DNA from: Geosiphon pyriformis uo1
Lineage: Eukaryota; Fungi; Glomeromycota
Direction: 5' to 3'
DNA length: 64,000 bases
Assembly: GCA_016748015.1 (NCBI GenBank)
Contig: JAAOMT010000276.1
Coordinates: forward strand, 248,001-312,000
A program made the translations under genes and the position numbers. The notes under the pieces were generated by a model. The model saw nothing but the letters and a program-made list of their open reading frames with translations. It searched no databases and had not been told where the DNA came from. Positions 44,483-54,624 of the stretch are shown piece by piece; the stretch's first letter is position 1; each line of letters begins with the position of its first letter.

Positions 44483-44833
44483 TCAACTAAAAAAACTTTT
44501 AACCTTTTCACCAAGAGGATCTTTTGGATACTGTATCTGATACTGGGTACTTGCATCCAATTCTTTAGCACGTCTTTCCTGCAATTTTACAAAATAATCA
44601 CCTCCCTCCCCATCATTTCCCGGTCCAAAGTTACTTTTACGGACCTGGGGCCCAGCTTGGACTGTTTTCAAAGGGATACCTTCCCCCGTAGCGACCTTTT
44701 CTTCTTTACTGGGAACAGAGATACTAGGTTCCTTGTCCGAATAGGTCCCGATTCTTTTTTCTTCGGGAGGCTGATTTAAGCCGGTTTCTTGATAACGGGC
44801 GCTGTCATCTTGAGACCCGGGAGTATCACCCAT
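44483..44833 (-). CDS. Hypothetical hydrophilic protein (116 aa)
   Basis: Clean ATG-to-stop ORF with elevated GC and protein-like composition; no motif recognised. Confidence 0.55.
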   Translation of the reverse strand: MGDTPGSQDDSARYQETGLNQPPEEKRIGTYSDKEPSISVPSKEEKVATGEGIPLKTVQAGPQVRKSNFGPGNDGEGGDYFVKLQERRAKELDASTQYQIQYPKDPLGEKVKSFFS

Positions 44834-44909
44834 TTTTACCAGATTAGGATTTCAGGAAGTTTGAGGTTGAAGCGTGGGGTTTCTTTAGTTGATTCAATAA
44901 ATTTCTATT

Positions 44910-45527
44910 TCACATCAATTTATCAACCATAAAATGAAATAAAATTCCTATCATTCCTGACATCATCATTACTACACCTCTGGCGACATCATCGACCATC
45001 CTCACCACTAACAAAATCAAATCCACCAATCGACCCATATAAATTACAAAAATTGTCATCAAGAACAATTCCCACGCTAAAAATAACCACCTTAAGGCGG
45101 GAGGTTGTGATTCTAAAAATCGAATATGGTCCTTTAATAGAGAGGCAACTGCGTTTGTAATTAATCCTAAGCCAAAAATGTCTGTTGGTTGGATGTGGAT
45201 TGTGAATTTTATATTCCATAATGAAAATTGGTTATTTGTGGTGTTTATGATAGAAGGATTGCTGTGGGAAAGTGAGGAAGAGCCGAGTGAAGAATAAGAT
45301 GATTTAGGTTCTTTGTGTTTAAATTTAAAAAAGGTTATCTTGGGAAACTTTAATTTGAATGAGAACCATCTTGATTTCAATGGTTTTTTCATATAATTTT
45401 TATGGTTTGAGGTAAAAACTTTAGACTTGTGTGGTTTCTTTAAAGAGAATGAGATACCATTATTTCCGTCACTAATGTTGCTTTTGTTAAATGCGTTAAT
45501 AGTTTCTGAATTTTTTGGTAAAAGCAT
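44910..45527 (-). CDS. Hypothetical membrane protein
   Basis: About 205-aa ORF with a basic N-terminus and C-terminal hydrophobic helices. Confidence 0.45.
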   Translation of the reverse strand: MLLPKNSETINAFNKSNISDGNNGISFSLKKPHKSKVFTSNHKNYMKKPLKSRWFSFKLKFPKITFFKFKHKEPKSSYSSLGSSSLSHSNPSIINTTNNQFSLWNIKFTIHIQPTDIFGLGLITNAVASLLKDHIRFLESQPPALRWLFLAWELFLMTIFVIYMGRLVDLILLVVRMVDDVARGVVMMMSGMIGILFHFMVDKLM

Positions 45528-45663
45528 TATTACTAACGAAAGAATTTGAATACAGATACACAAATATAGAAAAATAAAAAGATTGTTTATAAGAGTTGGC
45601 TTCTAAATTTAGATTCGTTACCTATTTTTGTTGTCTGACCTATATATAGGTTTTTTGATATTT

Positions 45664-45718
45664 GGGGCGTGCTGCAACAAAACCAGACAAAGTGAACATT
45701 TGACGTCATTTGGGCATC
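45664..45718 (+). repeat. Left TIR (45 bp perfect, 52/55 extended)
   Basis: ggggcgtgctgcaacaaaaccagacaaagtgaacatttgacgtca(tttgggcatc); preceded by attt. Confidence 0.97.
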
Positions 45719-46079
45719 GGGCCCGAAAATTTTATTTTCGCTGTTGCTTTGTCCGTAGCTTTTTAATAATTCAATATTCACCATATAAAATAGTTACAGT
45801 AAGTAGGCCAAAAATATAACCCACAGTCCTTTGCTTTTATATTTCGCTATTTTTTTTTTTTTTTTTTGTTAACTTAATCTGATGCTTTGTTTTATGTTCC
45901 TGAGCAGCTTTGACCGTGACAAAGTCATTGTTTTTTTAAATCACTGACATTAGTATTAACGCAATAACGATAAATATTAGGTCCAGTTACTTTCTATTGC
46001 ATTTTAGCACAAATGCTTTCGCTATACGAACTTGCTTCTTAAGAGCCAGAGAACTAGAATAACGAATAAATTATCATTT

Positions 46080-46600
46080 ACCTATATGTCAAAATCAGGA
46101 TACTAGTCTCGCAGGATTTCTCGAAGATGCGGAAATCAACGCCCACGTATTTAGCATTTGGAAGCTTACCAAATGTTCCATTAAATTTGGCGGTTTTCCT
46201 TGGAGGATATGAACTTTTTGCTTAAGAAATAATAATTAGTTCACTGATTAAACTTTCCTTAAAGCTAATAATAACTCTTTGGTGGGAGATAGAAAAGGAG
46301 TAATATTATGCTACTATAAATGGTGGTGTTAACATAAGACATACTTTTTTCAGCGCCGTTTTCCTTCCTCACTTCTTTACAAAGGTTTTCATAGTGTTGC
46401 GCTTTTTCTCCAAGCTTTTATTTACGCCTGAACTAGTGTCTTCTAATTCTGCGTTTCCCAAGATTCCGTTAAAAACTCGGGGAAAAGAGTTTTCCTTTTC
46501 AGATAACTCGTAGTAAATCATTAGTCTCTGGGGTTGTAAATATTCTAACAATTTACTGCATACCGATATAGTACTCTCATTTTCTTTTTCCTGTGAATTT
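46080..46600 (-). pseudogene. Possible degraded, intron-containing coding remnant inside the transposon
   Basis: Two open stretches (..LLEYLQPQRLMIYYELSEKENSFPRVF.. and AKSSYPPRKTAKFNGTFGKLPNAKYVGVDFRIF) separated by GTATGT...AG intron-like sequence; no family recognised. Confidence 0.3.
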
Positions 46601-47015
46601 AATTAATTACATGTATATTCGAACAAACGACAGAGTAAACAAGCGGTGGCTTAGCGTGGGTGACGTAACATGAAAATTTTTCACATCATACATCAGCCGC
46701 TATGTATCAACAACGCGTCTTCTCCAGACCTCATCTTGTCCCCATGCACCTGCCGCACCAACCCGTGTTATAAACGCAAGTTGCCCATTATCAGTTTCTT
46801 TGGTCCATTCTATTCTCTTCACCATCGCAAAAGTTTTCTACATTCTACACGTAAGTTCGACATAGGCCGCGTTGATTACCTCTTTGCGCACGCGTGGTGA
46901 AATTTTGCTCATTTGCTGACAATTTACAGTTTGCCTGGTTGCCCGCGCCATTTTAAATATTAGGCATTTCTCAAGTTGAGTGCTCTTCTAGTTTATGCTT
47001 TTACTAGCATCCATG

Positions 47016-47403
47016 GTATCCTACGCTCGTATGGTTAGCCCTGGACCGATGTTTGGATTAGAGGTCGCAGGATAATCATTATAACTCGCTCTCTGTGGCT
47101 TATAATGCCTACTCCTGGATGCTCTCTTCCAGTATACCAAACAACTAAGTATCCTACGCTCGTATGGTTAGCCCTGGACCGATGTTTGGATTAGAGGTCG
47201 CAGGATAATCATTATAACTCGCTCTCTGTGGCTTATAATGCCTACTCCTGGATGCTCTCTTCCAGTATACCAAACAACTAAGTATCCTACGCTCGTATGG
47301 TTAGCCCTGGACCGATGTTTGGATTAGAGGTCGCAGGATAATCATTATAACTCGCTCTCTGTGGCTTATAATGCCTACTCCTGGATGCTCTCTTCCAGTA
47401 TAC
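47016..47403. repeat. Perfect tandem repeat, 133-bp unit x 2.9
   Basis: Units start at 47016, 47149 and 47282 (gtatcctacgctcgtatgg...); no mismatches seen. Confidence 0.96.
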
Positions 47404-47498
47404 TAGCTTGTTAACGGATGCTATTGCTTTGTTTTCATTGCGATAAATATCTACTAGCAGCAATACTCATAAGGCTTTTTTCCAGACTAAACAATAAT

Positions 47499-49960
47499 AT
47501 GGATTTCGACCATTATGTTGCCGATTACCAAATGATCTCTGATCCAAAAAATTGGAGCGCTCTGGATTGTCTACATTATCTCAAAGAACGCGTAGATTTT
47601 AGCTCTGATAGCAAAAATGACATCCTTAAGGCGTTTAGAAGAAGATTTAAGAATGTCAGTCAATCTACAGCAATACTAGCTGGACCCAAAAAGAAGGCAT
47701 GCGACCGCCAAAGAAAGTTTCAAGAGAAGGGAAATCATCGACTTCTTTGAAAAGCAGGACCAAGCATTCGCGATTGTATGTAATTGCCCGTTTGCAGGAT
47801 TGGTTTGTTACACTATATTTCAATAACAACTATTGTTTATAGCGAAAAAATGACAGGGATGTTTTCCAAGCCGTTGATAGCGCAAAAGCAGCGATCGCAA
47901 AGTCCGCAAAAACGCAAATTATGAGAGTGAGCACCACTTCGTTTTGTTTTTCAGTAGGATGAGTGTACTTTGGCTTTTCATATCGATATTGACATGATTT
48001 AAGACGTTAGACGGGCCTATAATAGAAGGCCACATCAGTGTTGCTGGGCATAAGCGTGTAAGTCAATTGTTCTTATTAATTCATTTGCTCCTATGAAATG
48101 GTGCTAAATATATTGTATTGGCATAGCAACGAGATCCTGCAGAAGATGATACAGATGACGATACCGAGGATGATACGGAGGGCAAAAACAAGATACTGAA
48201 AAAAGTGAGTATTAAGCATGTTATTATTCTGGAAAAGTCCTTCCATTATTACGCTCTAAGAAGATTCCGTTACAGAATACGCTCCCAAGGCTTCAGCGAA
48301 AAACCAACACTATTACATGAAGATACAGTCACCCATTCCGCTGAGCATGACGATTGCAACGCTGAGGGCGAAACCCACAGAAATGTGGCAGAGGATGAAA
48401 ACGTAACGGTAAGAGTTTAAGGTTCCGTAGCTTTAGTTGGGCCCATTTGGATTTTTCGACAAAAGGAGAAATTAACATTAAGGTACTTACTTTACACCCG
48501 ATTTAAAGGAGGATATCGACGATCAAGCCCTCTTGGCGAGGAATCTTTTAGACGAAGCGCAAGAAATTCCATTAGAGTTAAAAAACCTTCTTGACGCCTT
48601 TCAAACATATTGTCAGGGATCAGAGAACTTGTTGACGAGCAACGGTATAATAGACCTTAGGCCGTCGTCAGAATTTGTCCTCTCCTATACGGACGAATGT
48701 GATTACAACGAGTTGCTTGAACGTACCTTCAATCCCATTGATGAGATATTCCCCGAAGCAGCTTTCACTTTTCTCCTTGAATTTTTTTCCAAGGTACGAA
48801 TTATCATAAAAGAAATAGTAATAATGATTATCGTAAATCCGACTTATCACTCTTCATTTTCTTAATAGAGTCTAACTTGTCAGCATTGGTATGACGAGAT
48901 CGAGAGATTGCTGGATCCAGAACATGATCCATTTATTAAAAATATGAAGAGGTTCATGTTTGAGGTTCTTCCTATCTTGTAGGTAACTGCACTGCATTTC
49001 TCTTAAGAAGATATTCTAATGTGGTTTTTCTTTGCTTCAGTCTTGATGCGTTTGCTATGGGATCTGAAAACCCAATGAAGGAAAGGAATATGGGAGAAGA
49101 GGAGTACATGACAGCATTCATCCATCCCATGTTGAAGAAAGCGCTTGGAAGATTTGCGAACCTGCGATATAAGCCGTAAGTGAAAATCGTTTCCGATTGC
49201 ATTTGTACCTAAACAACTTACTCTTTTGTACTCTGCTAGTGGTGATAAAGCGATAGAGGCGTCTGCATACCGAAAATCAATTACAGCGCAATCGGGAAAT
49301 CCGGATAGAGCAGACGGTATCGCCTACACGTCAAACAAGAAGCCTTACGAAATATGTGTGGTCGAAGGGAGCAAACCTTACGATACTGAGAACGGAAAAG
49401 AAACACAAGATTTCATCCAAAACACCCGTGCCGCAAAAGATATGATTAATTTTCTAGTAACTCAAGAAGTCAAGCAGAAAAGGGCTCTGCCAACATTCTT
49501 TCGAACCTTCATGGTCCAAAGTTTCGAGACAAGTCTGCGCTTCTATTTTATGGATTACCTGAGTAAGTACTGTATACGTATATATATTATATATTGCATT
49601 GTTTACTGAGTTTACGGAAACTTTTTTTAGGTTTTTACAGAATATTTGAGATTGAAGCCTGTGAGCTCCCAGTAGATCTGGCGGAAATAAATTTGTTTCC
49701 TTTTCTTTTCCGTGCGGTCATTACATGGGCGGTAAGTCCAAGAACCTTAGGCCGACGCAGAATTAGTTTTTAGTAATTACTTTTAACTCCTATTCTAGAT
49801 CCTGGCAGGAAATACTGATAAAGAGTTTCAAACATTTCGGAATTCCAAGCGAAGCTCAAGAGTCAGTAATGCACATAATTTGAGAGTGCTTGCTCGATTG
49901 CAGCATAACAAGGCACGTCCAGGCAACAAAAAAAGCTTAAAAATGAAAAATATAATTTAG
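47499..49960 (+). pseudogene. Spliced fungal cargo gene with a C-terminal PD-(D/E)xK nuclease-like region; frameshift in exon 1
   Basis: Many GT-AG introns. Exons include MDFDHYVADY..., EEEYMTAFIHPMLKKAL and GDKAIEASAYRK..NPDRADGIAY...YEICVVEGSKP. Frame change near 47700. Confidence 0.7.
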
Positions 49961-50698
49961 ATTCATAGTAGCTTATTCATTTAATATGTAGTGACCATAG
50001 CGGAAGCATAATCTGTTGTGATAATCGACTCTTTGCATATAGTAGCCCCCGGGATTAAGACTGAACGTGTATTTGTATTTATGAGACGCGCATTATGAAG
50101 GGTTGACTGTATTGGATATATATACATAAATGTTATTTCGTAATAATAACTTGCGTCAGGGGAGTACAAACAGTTTGTAATATATGGATATCTCCAAACT
50201 ACGTTGAAATTACCAAAGCTGGTAGACATAGTAAACACCATAAACTGTACTATTGATTTATGATTCAAGCTTTGATACCGTAGTATAGTGTACGGTTGTT
50301 CTCTATAATCGCTATTTCATTTCTTGCGAGAACGAGAATTTTCTGGGCTTAGATTCAACAGACAGAATTCCGATGTGCGCAAACTCCGATATTTATTATT
50401 GTTACCATTTCATGAAAATGAAGGGTTTAGATACGTGTTTCGAGATCAGACTTAATAAAAGAAACGCAAGTAATTTGGATCAATTATAAAGGCATACAGG
50501 GTTATCCCTCCATGTAACGACCCTCTTATTCCTCTATTTTTCTTTTTTTCCTTGGTTCTTGAAATGATTCTGCCAACATCCGTTTAAGAGCTTTTATATA
50601 CACGGCTACCCTATGTATAGTACATAATGAATGCACAATATTATTAAAATTTTACAAAACCAGACAAACTGACATAAAATATATATATATATATATAT

Positions 50699-52479
50699 GT
50701 GGTAGACGACACAATTATTATGAACGAATATGAGAAAGCTCTCCGGTTTTTAGAACTAGGCTGTGGATGCGGTTGCTCGGCTAAGCTGCCCAAAGAAGAA
50801 TTTGCTGAATTGCGAGAAGACTTTCAAGCGCTAACAAAATCCGAACAAGACATTTTCTTAATGGCCCAACTCAGGCCCATGGATGGGGGAGCGATCAGTA
50901 CTAGCCGACGTCTCAAGAACAAGACTCGCATCAACAAGAGAACTATTTACTGCTGAAGTCGTAATACCCCTATTTGTCAAAAAACCTACCTCAATATGCT
51001 TGGTATTGGTCGCAATTATTTTGAAAATATCAGAAATCATCTGCTAAAGAATGGTCTTCTACCACGGGTCCATGGTAATGTAAAAAGAATGCCACGGTGA
51101 AAAACCAGGATGGTCATCAATATTGACGTGGCTACCGCGGTCAAGAATTTTTTGCTAAATTATGCTGAAGTTCATGGTTTGCCCAGCCCGGTAAGAAACG
51201 TCAACCGAGTTACCCAATCAATCATCTTTTTACCAGCGGAAATGAGCTATAAGTCTGTTCACCGTGACTTTTTGGCTGGTCTAGAAGAAGATAGTAAATT
51301 GCGTGCCCTCAAATATGATGCATTTCGCAAATTATGGCATCAGCTTACCCCGTACATTCAAATTATGAGTCCTCGAACTGATTTATGCGATACCTGTCAA
51401 CAGTTGCGGAATGACATGCAGTTCAAAGCCCGTAAAGAGGAAGAGGCCCAAGACTTATTGAAGAAGTATAAAGAACATCTAGCCAAAGCCAAGTTAGAAC
51501 GAAACTATTATAACAAAAATACCAAGTTGGCGGAAGAACACAGAAAGCTTGTCGACCAGAATTATTCTGTTGTTTCAGTGAAAGGCAAAATACCATACTG
51601 CAGCATGGACGCTATTGCTCACTACAGTTACGACTGAGCCCAAAATGTCCATGTACCCCATTCGGATCAACAGATTGGCAAGGTGTATTACCTTAGTGCT
51701 CGCAAGGTACACTTGTTTGGTGTCCAAGATGAAGCGGTGCGCGAGCAAATTAATTATGTACTGGATGAGAACGAACTTCTTGGAAAAGGTCCGAATGGTA
51801 CGCTAAGCCTGGTCTTTGATGGAATCAAACAATTGAATAAAGGCGAGAAGCACTTGAAGGTTACTTGCGACAATGCGGGAGGGCAAAACAAAAACAATAC
51901 GACTATTTGGTTTTATCTGTACTTGGTAATTGTTGGCTATTACGAAAGTATTGAGTTAAATTTTATGGTTCCCGGTCATACCAAATTCAAATGTGATGGA
52001 AGCTTTGGTCTAATTAAAAGACTTTACCGTAAGACCACGGTAGATTGTGTAGATCATGTGGTAGAGGTAGTAAAAAGGTCCAGTATTGCCGGACTAAACA
52101 AAGCTCGGCGTTATAATGGTAAAGAGGGTTTCCAATATCTAGATATTTTAAGTAGTTTGGCGGTCTATTTCAAGAAGCTGCCGGGCATGCAGAAGTTTCA
52201 ACATTTCCTCTTTACTAGTGCTAATCCCGGTGTAGTCAAAGCCCAAGAAACCGCTAATGTCCCTTCCAGGAATTCAAGCTACTGAAAACCAGTAAACTCG
52301 AGGCTTCAAAGATCATACAAAAAACCAAGGCCTTATCATTTCCAATGCTGACCCCTTCTCCAATGAAACATGAGCGGCAAGAATATCTTTATAATTATAT
52401 TCGTCCTTTTGTCCGCGATGAATTCAAAGATATTACATGCCCAAGACCAACCTATACTGGTAATGAACAAAACATTTAA
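50699..52479 (+). CDS. Sola-type DDD transposase in genetic code 4 (TGA=Trp); one frameshift at about 52259
   Basis: ORFs 50699, 51110 and 51683 share one frame, broken only by TGA at 50954, 51098 and 51635. Motifs: CGCGC, CQKTYL, PRVHGN, PRTDLCDTC, SYDWAQ..P..QIGKVYY, CDNAGGQNKN, FMVPGHTKFKCDGSFG. The shifted frame gives RQEYLYNYIRPFV..DITCPRP. Confidence 0.9.
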
Positions 52480-52595
52480 CCAGTTTTGCACGTCACTGTA
52501 TCCTTGCTGCCATTAAGCTTAATAAGTTTAATCTCTCAACTTTTCAAAGCAAAAAAATACTAAAATAATTTATAACTTAATATAAATAAAATTTT

Positions 52596-53569
52596 ATGAC
52601 AAACATAATCAATGAACTCCAAGAGAGAAACAAAAGTCTAGCAGAAGAAAATAATCAATTAAAAGAAAAATTTGGTGTTAATCAAGATAATAATCTAACT
52701 CTAACAGAAATTAGACAACAGTTAGTTGAAGCATTGAGAGATATGCGTTATACTAACAATGCTGATGAAGAATTACTGGATGACATTATGACCTATTATC
52801 CTGGGCAAAACTGACCAAAATTTTGTGAAAATTTCCCAGTTAAGTTAGGTCGACAAATTCATATTGAATGCTTATACAAATTCATTATGTATTGAAAAAA
52901 TTCCTTTAAACGCCACCAAGAAATTAAGGAGTTAAAGCATGAAAAGAACCAGTTGACCTTAAAAAGTGAGGTGCTTGAAAGGGAACTTGAACATTCTGAG
53001 AAGCAAGCTAAACACTTTAAAAAAATCATCACAGAAATCTTACAAGAACATTATGAATATTTCATCTCAACAGATGAAAATGATAAGCTTTCTTTTACCA
53101 TAGACACTGAAAAAAATGAAAATTGACTTCAAGAATTAATAGACAAAATTAGCAACAAAGAGCATGAAGGCCTTATTGCTGAAATTATTGAAAGTTGATT
53201 AAAGAGGCTCTTGAAACTAGTAAAAAATGAAATGATGCTCAAAAAGCAGAGTTAAGAGAAGAAATTAGAGATAAGTCTGAAGTCATTCGAGAGAATCGTG
53301 TGATAATCGAAAACCAAGAAAAAGAAATCCAAAAATTATGGGAGGAAGCACGGGATAATTCAGAATTGGTGAGAGAAGCTCGGAAGATAATTCAAAGGCA
53401 AGAAATGTTACTTAATTTATCTAATAAACCTTTACCTTTCTTACCTAAGAAGTCAAACAAATTTAAACGAATAGGAGTGGCAATAAAAAGAAAGTTTTCC
53501 CAATTAGCAGAAAATGTTAAGTTTCAAAGACGAGAAATGGTTGCTCAGATAGAAGTTAAAGTCAAGTAG
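52596..53569 (+). CDS. Mollicutes-endobacterium-like coiled-coil protein (code 4); one frameshift at about 53200
   Basis: TGA at 52812, 52893, 53124, 53196 and 53228 read as Trp. No introns. Ends KPLPFLPKKSNKFK...MVAQIEVKVK*. Confidence 0.75.
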
Positions 53570-53571
53570 CG

Positions 53572-54185
53572 ATGAGAGAATTGCTTTATACAATCTTGGA
53601 GTTAGAGGAGTGAGGCAAAGACACAACGTGTGATTTTTGCCCTAACTTTAACAAAAGAAACAAGGCAGTTTGTCAAATCAGAACTCGTAATAAAGTGAGC
53701 CATAGGATAGTTAGTAACGCTTGTGCCTGTGAGGAGGGTAAGGAAAAATTTGAAAGTGGTGAATTGCCTAAATGCGAAAGATGCGGAGAGCTAAAAACTA
53801 GGATGGGTTTTCACTATAATTGTTCTGAGAGCAACGAAAAAGAACTTCCTTCTTTACCCAACGAGGAAAGATCTTCCACAAGATACGAACGCCAAATAAA
53901 CTCCTTACAAGAACAATTAAATGAAGCCGAATGAACCATGAGAATTTTATGGAGAAGTCCGAGGAATGAAGTAAAAGGCAAAAACAGGAGTTATTGGATC
54001 GAATAAAAGAGCTAGAAACGGAAGTAGAAAGATTAAAAAAGCAAACTCCCCAAGAAGTGGTTAATGAAGTAGAATCTTATAAAGAAGAAGTGGCTCGATT
54101 AAAAACTCTGTTAGAAAAATTGAATTCTCAACAGAAGACTCAAATTGAGGTTAAAAGGTGACCTTGATTGAAAATAAAGAAGTAA
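53572..54185 (+). CDS. Mollicutes-endobacterium-like CxxC plus coiled-coil protein (code 4); one frameshift at about 53935
   Basis: ATG 2 bp after the previous stop; CDFC and CERC motifs; TGA at 53611, 53932, 53967, 54159 and 54165; ends TQIEVKRWPWLKIKK*. Confidence 0.75.
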
Positions 54186-54200
54186 TTAAAAAAATTAGAA

Positions 54201-54255
54201 GATACCCGAGTGACGTCAAATGTTCACTTTGTCTGGTTTTGTTGCAGCACGCCCC
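54201..54255 (-). repeat. Right TIR
   Basis: 54211-54255 is the exact reverse complement of 45664-45708; followed by attt. Confidence 0.97.
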
Positions 54256-54624
54256 ATTTAATAGATTAAAAAATCTGCGAATTAAATTTGAACATTAATT
54301 TTAATGATGATGATGATGATGATGAGATGTTAACCTATCATTCACAAAAATTCACGAAAAAAATATTTGACAAAGCTTCCTTCCTTTCAGGTTACTAAAA
54401 TACTCAGTTTAAAATAAAATACTTGTTCCCTAAACCAAATTTTTTACCTGTCCTGTAAAAAAGTCAAAAATTCAACTATTTCCTCACATTAATTTTGTTT
54501 ATGCCCTCGGTGAATTCACAACTAATTTTAGGGCTTTTTGGCAAATGGTCGAATCCTTCAAATTTCCGCGCAAGAGTGCCGAGCAAGGGGAAAAAAGTTT
54601 TTTCATCACTTTTGTAAGTTTAAA

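Larger units (their letters stand above)
45664..54255 (+). mobile_element. 8,592-bp cargo-carrying Sola-like DNA transposon
   Basis: Perfect 45-bp TIRs, ATTT 4-bp TSD (45660-45663 and 54256-54259), and an internal Sola-type transposase. Confidence 0.93.

Noticed and set aside
47016-47403. CRISPR array
   Set aside because: The units are fully identical with no variable spacers, the unit is too long, and there are no cas genes.
50699-54185. TGA stops as ordinary nonsense decay or RIP
   Set aside because: 13 TGAs versus no premature TAA/TAG despite abundant CAA/CAG codons, and the region retains CpG. Code 4 is more parsimonious.
50699-54185. Mitochondrial insertion (NUMT), since fungal mitochondria also use code 4
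   Set aside because: No respiratory, homing-endonuclease or plasmid-polymerase genes; the content is a transposase and coiled-coil orphans. Disfavoured but not excluded without a search.
45664-54255. Simple contaminant misjoin
   Set aside because: A misassembly would not be expected to create matching TIRs with a TSD at both fungal junctions. Read-level confirmation is still needed.
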